A stretch of 64,000 nt of DNA from the human T2T-CHM13v2.0 reference genome, Homo sapiens (GCA_009914755.4 CP068257.2:40800001-40864000); one strand, 5' to 3'. Counted from the stretch's first letter, positions 14,255 through 27,017 are shown. Program-made: numbers and translations. The notes: a model not told the origin generated them from the letters alone.

Positions 14255-14600
14255 TCCTGCCAACATTCATATGTGGAGGTCCTGACCCCTAACACCTCAG
14301 AATGTGAACTTATTTGGAGACAGGGTCTTTAAAGAGGTGACTAAGTTCAAATGAGGGCATTAGAGTGGGCCCTGATCCAATATGTCTGGTGTCCTTATAA
14401 GAAGAAATGAGGACACAGACACACACAGAGGGACAGCCTGTGAGGAAACGAGGAGAAGTACCTGTCTACAAGCCAAGGAGAGAGGCCTCAAGAGAGACCA
14501 GCCTCAACGGTGGCTTGACCTCAGACTCGCAGCCTCCAGGACTATGAGGGCATCTGTGGCTGTCGTTGAAGCCGCTCAGCTGTGGGACTTTGTTATGGCC
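14255..14600 (+). mobile_element. MaLR/MST-type solitary LTR copy (family tentative)
   Basis: cctaacacctcagaatgtgaacttatttggagacagggtctttaaagaggtgactaagttcaaatgagg...ccttataagaag... This is the same family as the copies at 17400 and 18420. Confidence 0.5.
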
Positions 14601-15469
14601 GCCCCAGGAAATGAACACAGGGACGTAGTGATGCAACCCCCAGATGGCAGCTATGTCCTTTTAAGAACCAGGGAGAATTCAAACACATCTGTTTCATGGT
14701 GTAAGTTACCGTCAAGAGGCTCTCTTAAGTCAAAGAGAAAAATGGAAATGTGAAAATGCTAAGCTCTTTTCTTTCTCCTTCCGTCACCCATGTTCACAGC
14801 ATAATCTTGATTGTATTTCATTTGAAAGACTAGCAAAATGCACTCCGTTTCTCTCTGTAAACCTCACAGATGTCATCAGTTGATAGCAAAGCCCTACTGT
14901 CTGCAGAGCGAGCCGCAGGGAGGCTGTGGGTGCCCTCGCCTTGCCCTCAGGAAGGGGAAACCAACCAATATTTCCTGTGCTAATGTGGGGCTATGAATTG
15001 TGCCTCACTGCTCTGAGCATGTTAATTTGAAGAGGAAACTGTCGATTGTTCCAATGAGACTATCTATATTCTTGGTCTACTTAGGATCAACTCAAGTGTG
15101 CATTTCCTATCTAATGGCATCTGACAGCTTGAGAAGATGCAAAGTAAATTGGCCTGGACCTGCCATAGTTTATAGATGGAGACAGGGCAGGTAATAGTGT
15201 GAGAAGATCATGTGTAACGCAGATGCTGAGATGCAGAAGAAAAGATGCCCTTCCTGGCTCTGGACGGGTCTCGGTGGAGGAGTGGGAGCTACTGCTGGTT
15301 TTATGAGAATGTGGGGACTTGAGACCTCTATGGGAGAAATGCAAACATTTGCAAATGGGCTGGATAAATAGAAACATGCCCTGTGCATGGCTGAGAACAG
15401 TAAACTGTGGTGGTGTGTCAGTTCCTCCCAGAGTGGATCAAAGGGGATGGTGTATTAGTCAGGGTTCCC

Positions 15470-15537
15470 CACAGACAGAGACAGAGACAAAGACAGAGAG
15501 ACAGAGAGTGACCGAGAGAGAAAGAGAGAGAGAGATC
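15470..15537. repeat. Polypurine (GA-rich) tract of about 65 bp
   Basis: acagacagagacagagacaaagacagagagacagagagtgaccgagagagaaagagagagagagatc. Confidence 0.8.
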
Positions 15538-15776
15538 TAGTTGAAGGAATTGGTTCAAGACTGTGAGCCTGGCAAGTGCACAATTTGCAGGGCAGGCTGG
15601 CAGATGGGAGACCCTGGGAAGAGTTGAGGTTACAGCTCAAGTCCAAAGGTGGTCTGGAGGCAGGATTTCCCCTTCCTCATGGGACCCCAGTTCGTTTCCT
15701 CTTAAGGCCTTCAACTGGTTGGATGAGACCCACTCACAGTGATGTGTCGAGACATTCAAGGACCATTTTCTGATTT

Positions 15777-15975
15777 AAAAAGCTTTAAATGTTTTTAATA
15801 AGGACTTTCAGCTATTTAAAAAGATTGAGCCAGCACCATGGAGTCCAACAGCCCCATCATCTGAAGGGTGGTCTCTGCTTTACTCAGCCTAGTGACTTAA
15901 ATGTTAATCTCATTCTAAAAAAATACCTTCACAGTGACATCTAAAATAACATTTGACCCAATACCTGGGTACTGT
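15777..15975 (+). repeat. Copy A of a dispersed 200-bp low-copy repeat (partner at 18007-18208)
   Basis: aaaagctttaaatgtttttaataaggactttcagctatttaaaaagattgagc...cacagtgacatctaaaataacatttgacccaatacctgggtactgtgg. About 88% identical to copy B. Confidence 0.8.
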
Positions 15976-16221
15976 GGCCTAGCCACGTTGACATGTAAAA
16001 TTACCCATCATAGACGGTGATCATTGTAATAAAACAAACACATCATCCACACTTCCTGAGTCCTGAGCACTTTGCACACGCTACTTCATTTTGTGCTCTT
16101 GGGAACCTTTCTGCTGAGGTTGTCCCGGACATTCTCAAGTACATGCATGACCAGATGCTGGGTCTCCATGGCAACAACATGGTCTCACTTCTGTTCAAGC
16201 CGTGCTTTCCTTCCCCTGCAG

Positions 16222-16345
16222 GATGTACACCTTCAGTCTAGCCACAGACCTGAACTCCAGAAAGGATGGTGAAGCCAGCAGCAGATGCAGCGGGGAATTT
16301 CTTCCACAAACGGCAAGGAGTCTTAGCAGCTTACAGGCCTTGCAG
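16222..16345 (+). CDS. UBASH3A: UBASH3A coding exon (SH3-to-PGM linker): (R)MYTFSLATDLNSRKDGEASSRCSGEFLPQTARSLSSLQALQ
   Basis: Acceptor cccctgcAG at 16220-16221. Donor GT at 16346-16347. Phase 2 in, phase 0 out. Confidence 0.8.
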
Positions 16346-17399
16346 GTAATAGAACATTCCCTTTTTTCTTTTAAGTAAACTAAGCAAAACTACACTTTGT
16401 ATTAACTTCACGGTGGACACAGCTTCGTAGGTGTAGCTTTTGTTCCATAGACACATCCTCCCTGCCCTAGAGCGTGGTCAGCAAGGGGGCCTCCCAGGTC
16501 TGAGGGTGCCGGGGGTCCTGCCCTGGTCTGTCTGCTCTGGGCAGACAGGGAGCCACCCCTTCATGGCAGAGTGCCCCACCTTGAGCTCCTCAAGGCAGCT
16601 GAATCCCGAGTTCTCATCCCATTCCCTCATTCATGAGCCAAGAGGTCCCCAAGACGTCACCTGCCCCGGTGCCTTGGCCCCTCATCTTTTGAGGCAAAAC
16701 TCTCCATAACCTGGGGGTCAGCAGACTCAGGCCAGGGTCCAGGGCACAGCAGGGCACCCCGAGCTGGCCACCCTCATGGGGCACATCCAGGAGTGCAGGC
16801 TGCCAGGCAGGGACACCAAGGAGCAGGCAGCCCCTCCCTGAACGCAAACAAGTGACATCACATCCCTGATCCCTGTCCTGTGATCTGAAGCTTCACACTC
16901 CTTACAGAGGAGCCCTCAGGAAGGGGCTGTACCTGCTGCTGGCCTTTGTCTGGTTGCCACAGTAGTGAAAATGCCTCTCTGTCCTTGTTCTTCCCAAATT
17001 CGTCCGCCTGTGCCCTGCCATGTGCCGCACACGTTACTTTAGGATCTCTCATCCTTGCTATCCCCAATCGACACAGGAGGCGCTATTCCTGCCCCCTACC
17101 CATTTTACAGATCTGAAAACTGGGGCTCATGGAGGCTAGGAAGCTTGTCGGAGAGCACACAGACTCCTAACCACCCTCCCATCAGATTGTTGGAAGGATT
17201 ATGTGAGATGGGCCATCCAGTGCCCACCACGGCCAGGCCCCTGGTGCGGAGAAACTATTGTGCCCAGAGGGTGGGGTCACAGTAGCCAGGCTTATTCCCT
17301 AGTCCCCAGGGCCCATCCTGGTGCCTGGTCCATAAATCTCCAGAACAACCAAAGGAAGGCTCTGCCGGGACTTGTCAGTGGCTCACCCTAAGGTCAACG

Positions 17400-17770
17400 C
17401 TCACCCTCTGTTACGGATTGAATTGTGTGCCTCCAAAATTCCTATCTCGAAGTCCTAACCCCCAGTCTCACTGAATGTGATTGTATTTGTAGACAAGGCC
17501 TTTAAAGAGGTATTTAAGGTTAAATGAGGCAACACAGGTGATGCAATCTGATCCAATCTGACTGCTGCCCTTATAAGAAGAGGGGATGAGGAAACAGACA
17601 CACAAGAGGGATGGCCCTGTGAGGACACAGGGAGGGGACACCACCGGCAAGCCCCAGAGAGAGGCCTCAAAAGGAACCAGCCCTGGCAACACCATCATCT
17701 CTGACCTCCAGCCTCCAGGACTGTGGGAGAGTAAACTTCTGCTGTGGAAGCTAAACAGTCAACCCACACG
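17400..17770 (+). mobile_element. MaLR/MST-type solitary LTR copy (family tentative)
   Basis: Same family architecture (cctaaccccc...ttatttg.agac...ccttataagaag...gacacaca.gag...ctccagcctccaggactgtg). Confidence 0.5.
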
Positions 17771-18006
17771 CAGCGTCCCTGTCGCCATTTGCACCTCCTG
17801 GCAGCTGGTGCAAATCAGCCCAAAGCTAAGTGGCCTTGGCAGGTCTTTGCAGCCTTGGTGGCTAGGTGAGGAGGCCTTTTCTTGAGAAATCAAGAATGTG
17901 TCTCTGAAGCTGGGTCCATGAGAAATGGCGATCAGCATTCACCATGTGAGAAAGGCCCAGACTTGGGAGAGCCGAGACTCCCCAGGGCTGTGGCCTGGGG
18001 ATTATT

Positions 18007-18240
18007 TAAAAAGCTTTAAATGTTTTTAATAAGGACTTTCAGCTATTTAAAAAGATTGAGCTAGTACCATGGATTCCAACAACCCTATCATCTGGAGTAA
18101 AACAGAGACCATTCTGTTTTACTCAGCCTAGTGACTTAAATGTTAATCTCATTTTTAAAAAATACCTTCACAGTGACATCTAAAATAACATTTGACCCAA
18201 TACCTGGGTACTGTGGAGAAGTACCCAGGTATTGGGTAGG
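18007..18240 (+). repeat. Copy B of the dispersed 200-bp repeat, ending in a 40-bp perfect palindrome/hairpin (cccaatacctgggtactgtggagaagtacccaggtattggg) at about 18196-18238
   Basis: Direct comparison with 15777-15975. The terminal inverted repeat is cccaatacctgggtac / gtacccaggtattggg. Confidence 0.8.
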
Positions 18241-18419
18241 GGGAGAGCCTGGAATGGAAGTCTCTGCTCGTAGCTCAGCCTGTGTCTAAACCGTGCTTTC
18301 AATGGCTGAAAACAGAACATGCATCTGCCTGTGAACTGGCCCCCCTCACACGGTCTTCTCTATAGGGATTTCACCCCTTCCCTACAGTAAGAAAAGACAA
18401 CTGGCCACAGGTCTGGTAG

Positions 18420-18840
18420 AATCATGGCCCCAGAGATGATGCCCTAATCCCGGGAACTTGTGCATGTGACCTTATTAGGAAAGAGAGTTTCTGCAGATGG
18501 GATTGAGTGGAGGGTCTTGAAATGAGGAAATGATCCTGGGTCATCCAGGAGGGCCCTAAACCCCATCACAAGTGTGCTGATGAGAGAAAAGCAGAGGGGA
18601 TCTGATACAGCAGCAGAGGAGGCCATGCAGCCAGAGAGGCAGAGACTGGAGCAATGTGGCCACAAGCCAAGGAACACCTGGGGCCACCAGGAGCTGGAAG
18701 AAGCAAAGAATAAATTCTCCCCTAGAATGTCAGAGGGAGCATGGCCCTGCCAACACCTTGACTTTGGACTTCCAGCCTCCAGAGCTGTGAGAGAATAAAT
18801 GTCTCTTGCTTGGCACCGCCCAGCCTGTTATGGCAGCCCC
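18420..18840 (+). mobile_element. MaLR/MST-type solitary LTR copy (family tentative)
   Basis: ...gccacaagccaaggaacacctggggccaccaggagctggaagaagcaaag...ccttgactttggacttccagcctccagagctgtgagagaataaatgtct... Confidence 0.5.
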
Positions 18841-21627
18841 AGGACACCAATGCAGCACCTTCTGTCTAGAGAATTGGTGCAGCCCTGCCTCATTCCATAG
18901 ATCCCAGGGGTCAGTCCATTCCACTCCCCACAGGGCTTTCTTTTGCTTTATCATCATATTCCTGTGGCAAAGCTCCACAGAAGAACATTTAAAATGCTCT
19001 GAGCTCTTCCAGGAAGAAAATACCCCAAATCCAAAACTTCAGCCCGCAAGTTGAAAACTTCAGGGACTTTGTTACTAGGCAGAATGAGTTTCCAAGAGCA
19101 TGCATGCTTTGCAATCTACTTGCAGATCAGCTCTCTACAGCTCTCTAGGATGTTTTAATATTCATTCTGGGATAGGGGCGGTGGGTGCTGCCTCTTGGTG
19201 TCAGTGTAGGCAACCTCTGCATAACCACACTTCACATGCAAGAGAGCAAGACAGCAAGACAAACCTTCCCCTGAAGCTGTTCCCCAGGAGATGCATGTTT
19301 CTATCCTGAAACAAACAACTGAAGTTTTCCAATAAGGGAAAGCAATACTATTCACTTGGCCTTACCGTATATCCGTTTTGAAGACTCAGCCCAGTGACCC
19401 TAAGAAAGTGTTTGCATGGTGACTGCAAACGTTCTCACTGGCTCACCAATCCCATAGTTTATGCACCTACCAAATGTAGCCAGGGCCACCGAGAACTGTC
19501 TGGTCCTGATAAATTTCAGCAGCTGGAAATTCTGCATCGTCCGGGCCAGCGTGGACTTCACAAGGGATCCACAGGATCTGGCAGGAGCTGCCCGTGGTGC
19601 TGACCCCGAGAATGCTTTCAAGGCAGGTGAAATTGGCCCCCACCCTACTTTCTGGTGTCCCTTCCTTCCCAGTAGTTTCCAATCACTTCCCTAGGTACAG
19701 GGACACCACGGGGGACCACTCTTGCCAGAGCGAGTGGCCAGTTAGTGCAGACCCTTGAGACTGGATCACTGTTCACAGAAGAAAGTCCAGACAGGAATGA
19801 TCAGCTGCACTGGCCAGGTGGAAAATGAGTCCCTTCCTCCCTGAGGGTGTTTGGATGTTAAAGCCATTTGCATTTTCCTCTCTAGGATTTGGAGGGAATC
19901 AGGGCGATGCTGGGGCTGGTGTATGAGGGTTTATGCAGACAAGGCTTACCTCTCCTCACCTCTCTTCCTTACCCTGCTCAGTAGGAAAACACACACAAGA
20001 GCTGCCCTCTCATTTTAGCCCAGAGAGAGCTGTGTGGCCAAGAGGGAGCAGGGCAGGGATAGTGCCTGTCTGAGCTGCCTCCTGCCCAGGGGTCCTCCCT
20101 ACCCCGTCCATCCCTGGTCGCCTGGGCTCCAGGCAGGATTTGGTCCCCAGAAGGCCCCACAGCCCACCTCCCGTGGCAGGCCGTGTTCGCTCTGCCCCCA
20201 CCATCTCTGTTAATGACTCATCTTTCCATGTTCATCCCTTGGCCCAGGGAGACCTGCAGCTCCCTAAAGCAGGGATGCTGTGGACTGCAGCTTCATGGAC
20301 CAGCATGTGACATGCTCCCCCCTGCGGTGCCATGTCACAGGGAGGTTGAGGCATGAGTCCTGGGTGCCAGAGGGCAGCACCACTGGGCCTGTGTTGCTGC
20401 AGGGTTCCCCACCTCTTGCTCTGAAATGGACCCCCCTGGATAGCCTGGGCCTGGCTCTGGGGCTGGGAATGTAGGTGAAGGGCCGATGTCAGCTGGCACA
20501 TTAGTGCCCTCCAGGGAAGCAGCCGAGCCTGGTGTCTCCCTCCAGGGTCCTGGTGCAGGGCTTATGCTCCACGCAGCTGTCCTGGTGGCCTCTAGCTGGC
20601 TCGGCCCCTAGCACTCTGCTCTCTGGTCCCAGGGGGGGCATCCTCAGCTCTCATTCACTCTCTTCATCTCATTTGCTGTGGGTTCCTCTCAAGGCCAGTC
20701 CCTCAACTTGATCAGCCCTGCACAGCATGGGGAGAAGGGTGGCCTAGCCCCTGAGGACAGAGCCCCCCACAACACCATCCCACACAGTGGAGGCCCCTCC
20801 CAAAGGGTAGCCAGCCTCGCTGCCCCAAGCATGACCTTTGGGCTACTTCCCCAAAGCACAGGCTCCCCAGAAAGAGGGCGGGCGTGAGCCCTGTAACTGC
20901 AAGGCTCCAAGGCCATCCTGCGGCTGCCTGAGGCTGGGGAGGAAGGTGCCAGAGAGCTGCTGTCCCTGGCTCGAAGCTGCTGGCCACCGCCAAGGCCAGT
21001 CTCATGCCGAGAAGAAGTAAATAAACTATAAAGTACTGTTTTCCTTTAGCATTCAGCCAAACAGAGAATGACCAGCTATGGGAAAACAGCAAGGGGATGG
21101 ATGAGGGCTTCTCCCCTTGGTGCTCAGAAGCAGAATTCATACCTGGGAGCCATAAAAGGACGGCCCCTCAACAGGTCAACACCAGGGCAGTCCTGGAGGG
21201 TTTCTCAGAAGAAGTGTGCCAGCAAGAGAGGAGACTAGATATTAAGATAGGTAATCTATACTATAACAATACATATTATAATATAGATAGGGATAATGTC
21301 CTAAGACGTCTCTATGGGAATGATAAGGACTTAGAAAAGACAGAAAAGTAGAAAAACGGATGTGTCATGATAGGGGCCAATCCTGTCTCTTTTCATTTTC
21401 TTGATGTTAGAATGCCCAGAAAATAAAACATTGGAAGAAATTGAAGAGATTGCCAATTTCATGTCCTCTTTCATTCTAATGATTTGGGCAAAATGGGCTG
21501 AGCTATTGACTAACGAAGGAAAAGATTCCCTCGCAGTTGCTGGGTGACTGGGAGAGCTGCCATTGGTGCAAGTCCAGTGAGTTGGATGTTAAACTGCATG
21601 TGCCTTGCTTCCTGCCCCACCCCCCAG

Positions 21628-21727
21628 GCTACCGTTGCAAGGAAGAGCGTGCTGGTGGTTCGCCACGGGGAGAGAGTGGATCAGATCTTCGGGAAGGCAT
21701 GGCTGCAGCAATGCTCCACTCCTGATG
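21628..21727 (+). CDS. UBASH3A: UBASH3A coding exon, start of the histidine-phosphatase (PGM-like) domain with catalytic RHGE motif: ATVARKSVLVVRHGERVDQIFGKAWLQQCSTPD(G)
   Basis: Acceptor cccccAG at 21626-21627. Donor GT at 21728-21729. RHGE is the signature of the histidine phosphatase superfamily (STS/TULA family). Confidence 0.9.
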
Positions 21728-24361
21728 GTAGGTCACACTCAGGCGGGTCTACGGACAGAAACACTGTAGATCTAACCAATGAGATCTCCTTCTTAATGAC
21801 CTTACATGGCACCAGATCCCCTGAGGCACCATTCTGTAGAATGACCATGTGTAGACTGTATGTGTGGAAAACGTGCCTGCTACATCTTCCTCCAGGGGTG
21901 TTCCATGTATGCATTTGAGTGTCTGTGTTGGAACCTCTCCAACCTAATCTTAACTGATGTAATTTTTGGCTATGCTGCTTAACAGATGGACGTATTCTTG
22001 AACATGCCTCTTGCACACCCCAGCTTTTCTCCTCTGAATGCCAGGAAGTAAGAATAGTGCTTATAAATACACATACCCACAAGCCAACCTCTGTATTGAT
22101 GATCAATGTCCACATCAATGCTAATCTCCTAATAGGAAGCCTGTAGTGTCACAATTTCTAAGCCATGACCCATTACATAAATTAAGGCATTGAATGTAGT
22201 GACAAAATCAATTCACAGTTGCTAGGTTAGCCGAACCCTTTTGGGATCCCCCTCCAGAAGCCCAGCAGACCCAAGAAAGTGGTAAATGAGTAGGGAAAAC
22301 CATTGGCAGATGACAATCACACACCAGAAAAGATTCTGAGCAGATAACATCATGATCAAGCATATTTCCAAGAACTCACAGAGCTAATAATATGGTCACC
22401 TCTATAAAACAAGATCAAGTAAAGATACAAGAGCTTAAAGCAACAATAAGACAATAGGTGGCTATCAGGATGCATTAACAAACATATAAGAAACTTTTTT
22501 TCAATAAAACAGTTTTTTTAGCTATTGAATTACTGAAGCTATAGATTGAACTGACACACCTTGTCCATGGTGGGGAGAACCAATACAAAACAATCAACAC
22601 CAAAAATAGTTATTGAACTTCATAGAAAAAGAAAAAATATTTGGTCATCTGGACAAAAGATCAAGTCACTTATAAGGGAAAATATTTTAAAGGCACTGGA
22701 AATCCCCATCTGAAAGGAAACTCCTGGTGGATCTTTTCCCAAGGTAGAGAGGCCCTTGATAAAGTGAAGAATTACATCTAGTTTGTCTGAATTTTGTATA
22801 TTGCAGGGTTTAATAAATCACAAGGAGGTATAGCCACGTCCTCCCCCAAGGTGACCAACCTCAGGGAACACAAGGGAGATTTGGGGGGCTCTACTGGCCT
22901 CTCCCCAGCTCAGCTCACTTTTGGCCCAGGCACCCACATCCTCACAGGGCCCCTCACCTCACCCCATATTCCACACAGACTCTGCTCCCATCAGGACCTG
23001 ACCTTGCCCCACATCCTTGTCCTCTCCTGAGCTCTGCCCTCTGCCCCCAGAGTGATCACAGCTGAAGTGTCAATGACAGCAAAATACCTAAATGGAGTGT
23101 CTTGACATTTTAGAGGGGGATCACAGATGCCTTTGAGAACACAATGAAATTGATGGACTTTCTCTCTGATTTTAAAACTGCCTTTCCCAAGAGCTAATGT
23201 TGGCATTGAATAAACACCTCTAAAATGCAGTGTTCAAACAAGAGTCTCTGCCCATGGAAATCCCAGGGAGGGAGTCTTCAGAAAACTCCTATATGGAAAC
23301 TAAAATGCAGGCATGAAAAATTGCCCCCCGCTGACCCCTGCTGCCCCCCACTGCCCCCTGACTCTGGGTTTGTGCAAGGCTGTGGGCCAGGATGAAGGGG
23401 CCTGGCATATTCTGGGGTGCAAAGGGCAGGGCCTGCTATGTATGGCAGAGCAGGTCTCAGGAAGGTCAGTGTGGCTGCTGGAACCTCCTAATAACCAGGA
23501 GGCTTGGGGTCCCTTTGGAGAATGTGAAGGCAAACCAGAGTGCACTGGAGGGAGCAGTGTGTCGTGGTGTCCTGTGTGAGGATAATCAGTCATCCTGACG
23601 TGGTGACATGAGACCAGTGCCCCGACTCGTTGACCACTCCCTCTTGAGTCAGACTCTGGGCTATGGGTGTTACCTCACTGACACCTCGCAATCGCTACTC
23701 TTTCCCTGTTTTTTACTGATAAGAGAGATGAAGTCATTTATTTCTGGCTGCACAGTGAGGAGATGGTGATGCCAGGATTTGCTACCAGACTGTCAGATCT
23801 TAGAACTCAAGGTCAAACTCCACGTGAACCCTGGCACCGGGCAGCCTCTGGTGGGAGACAGTCCCAGTGAGCCCACCTGACTTCCAGCCTGGCTTCAAGC
23901 AATTGACTAAAGAATGCACAACACAGGCATCTCCAGCTCAAGCACTCTGTCCCCTGAGCAAGAAGGATACGTTTAAAGCTAGGGGGATGGATCATTGATG
24001 CCAACTTCAGATTCTTACCGAGTTACACTAAACTAGTCATAGAGACACTTTATCAGGTTCTTCATCAGGAAAATGTAAGAGTGAATCTTCATGGGGCATT
24101 TTGGGAGGACAAAGAGGGTTGCATAGTTCCTGGGGCTGAAACCTAAGTTGTCTGCATTTGAGAAAATGTTGTGTGCACAGCTGAGCAGCACTTTCTTCTC
24201 AAATTGAAGCCACGTTGCAGAGAATGTTCAGAAACAACACAGTTGACAATAATTTCAATAATAACATTGCTGTTAGAGTGGGTCTTGGTCTTGGGAGTTT
24301 TGTGGAACAAATCTGTACTAACTTGATGAAACTGAACGTCTGATGCTTATTTATACTTCAG

Positions 24362-24484
24362 GGAAATACTACAGGCCAGACCTGAATTTCCCCTGCAGTC
24401 TGCCAAGACGGAGTCGTGGGATCAAAGACTTTGAAAACGATCCCCCATTATCATCGTGTGGCATTTTCCAGTCCAGAATTGCAG
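24362..24484 (+). CDS. UBASH3A: UBASH3A coding exon: (G)KYYRPDLNFPCSLPRRSRGIKDFENDPPLSSCGIFQSRIA(G)
   Basis: Acceptor acttcAG at 24360-24361. Donor GT at 24485-24486. Phase 1 in, phase 1 out. Confidence 0.85.
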
Positions 24485-25085
24485 GTATGTTTGAGGACTG
24501 TCTAGTAGGAAAGGTAACAATAACAGCAACACTGATTATGGCTAGCAGGCATCCAGCCTGAGCCCTAGCTACACACCCTTTGATACAGTGTTAGCTTTGT
24601 CTCCAGTCTGCTGAGGAGGCTGGGGCACAGAGAGGTTAAGCAACTTGCCCAAGGTCACACAGCAAGAAAGTGGCAATGTAGAGGTTTGATCTAGGAATGG
24701 ATGATTCAGGAAGTTGGCAGGAATGAAAGAAAGGCATGGAAAGAACAAGAGAGGGGAGGAAAAATCAACAACCAAGGAGCTCCAAGGAGCTCACTTTTCA
24801 AATGGAAAACCACATCCTCTCATTCGTTGGTTTTATTTCAAAATCTGTCACTTTGGGCTTTTGTTTCATGTCTGGCGGTTCTGCTTCTACGTGACTGAGT
24901 TTATGTAAACAGAAGAGACCATTGAGTTCATCGAGTCTTCATTTCCTAAATTCAGAAAATGGAATCCAGAGAAGCAAGTTACACCAATGGTTAACTGCAG
25001 AGACCCCCACGGCCCACTCGCCCAGGGCCCCACTCAGAGGTGTGCTCAGAAATGTTTACCCACCTGCTCCAGGCAGGGTGGGAAG

Positions 25086-25850
25086 TCCGAGTTATAGAGT
25101 TATAGAGTTAGTTATAGAGTTATAGAGTCATGGAGTTATAGAGTTAGTTATAGAGTTAGAATCATAGAGTTATAGAGTCATAGAGTTATAGAGTTAGAGT
25201 TATGGAGTTATAGAGTTATAGAGTTGTTATAGAGTTATAGAATTATAGAGTTAGTTATAGAGTTATAGAGTCATAGATTTATAGAGTTATAGAGTTAGTT
25301 ATAGAGTTATAGAGTCATAGATTTATAGAGTTATAGAGTTAGTTATAGAGTTATAGAGTCATAGATTTATAGAGTTATAGAGTTAGTTATAGAGTTATAG
25401 AGTCATAGAGTTGTAGAGTTATAGAGTTATAGAGTTATGGAGCCATAGAGTTATAGAGTCATAGAGTTATAGAGTTAGTTATAGAGTTATAGAGTCATAG
25501 AATTATAGAGTTAGTTATAGAGTTATAGAGTCATAGAGTTATAGAGTTATAGAGTCATAAAATTATAGAGTTAGAGTTACAGAGTCATAGATTTATAGAG
25601 TTAATTATAGAGTTAGAGTCATAGAGTTATAGAGTTATAGAGTCATAGTGTTACAGAGTTATAGAGTTAATTATAGAGTTATAGAGCTATAGAGTCATAG
25701 AGTTATAGAGTTAGTTATAGAGTTATAGAGCTATAGAGTCATAGAGTTATAGAATTAGAGTTATAGAGTTATAAAGTCATAGAGTCATAGAGTTATAGAG
25801 TTAGTTATAGAGCTATAGAGTTAGAGTCATAGAGTTATAGCACTTGCTGA
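25086..25850. repeat. Minisatellite/VNTR of about 765 bp with unit TTATAGAG (8 bp), variants TCATAGAG and TTAGTTATAGAG, and about 90 units
   Basis: gttatagagttatagagttagttatagagttatagagtcatagag... runs continuously from 25086 to about 25850. It lies in the UBASH3A intron between the exons at 24362-24484 and 27018-27110. Confidence 0.95.
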
Positions 25851-27017
25851 GTGCAGTGGTGAGAATACTGCACTCCCCGACAACTGATTCCAGACTCCCA
25901 GTGTGAGCTCCCAGGACACTGAGTCGGGAGGAGATGGTGGTCCCAGGCCTCTGTCCCTGGCTTGCAGGTGACATTTTCTGTCTTCCTCTTCTCTTCTCTG
26001 CATGTCTCTGTGCACAGATTTCCCCTTTTAGAAGGGCACTGTCACACTGGATTAGAGCCCACCCTAATTTAATTGATTGAGGTGCATACCCTTATTTTAA
26101 CTTATCACTCTGTAAAAATCCTGTTTCCAAATGAGTCACATTCTAAGGCACCAAGGGTGAGGACTCTAACATGTTTTTCAAGGGAGGGGATACAGTTCAA
26201 CCCAGAAGAGCCTCCACTGAAACCTCGCTCATCAGCTTTCAGGCTGTGCAATTTTTGTGCTGTAGGGACTCCCATATTTCCCTGAGAGCAGGGCTTCCAG
26301 TATCACAGGGGGAAAGGCAGAGTACAGGCTTTTCCTTCCACGAGCTTCAGTGGGTCTTGAGTTTTCTCAAACGACCACAAATGTGAAGCCCCGCCCATTT
26401 CTGAGCTCACAGTGGTGCAGATCCAAAGCCCAGGCCCACGAGGCTGCTTCTCTGCTGAAGGTCTTAAAGCCTGAAGTCAAGGTCTCTGCTGGGCTGAGTT
26501 TTCATTGGGAGCTCAAGTCTCCTTCCAGACTCATTCTGCTGTTGGCCAAATTCAGATCCTTGCAGTGGGAGGACTGAGGTCTGTTCCTTGCTGGCTGTTA
26601 GCTGGGGGCTGCTCCCAGCCCTAGTAGAGGCTGCCCACATTCCTTGCCATGTGGTCCCCTCCATCTTTGCAGCCAGCAATGGAGAATGTTTTGCTGAATC
26701 CTTCTCACTTCACACTTCTCTGACTTTTTTCCATGACTGGCTGGAGATAATCACTGCTTTTAATGGGCTCACCAACTTGTCAGCCCCACCTTGGATCCCT
26801 TCCCTTCTGCCATAGGATGTAATTGTCCCAGGAGCAACAGATCATTCTGGTCATGGGTTCCACCCATACTTGGAGGCTGTGCAGGGTGTGTCACACCAGG
26901 GGGTGGAAACCCGGGGCCCTTTGAGGACCCTGCCTACCACAGGGAGCACATGGCTCATCTGCCATCAGAGGCTAGAATTATGAAGGGGCATTTTCTGCCT
27001 TTTTCACTATTTTCCAG

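Noticed and set aside
19512-19626. Candidate exon with tttcAG acceptor, GTgaaa donor and a protein-like frame (SWKFCIVRASVDFTRDPQDLAGAARGADPENAFKAG)
   Set aside because: It is 107 nt, not phase-neutral. Its only open frame requires phase-1 entry, whereas the surrounding intron (between the exons at 16222-16345 and 21628-21727) is phase 0. The phase-0 frame hits a stop. It is therefore not a compatible cassette exon.
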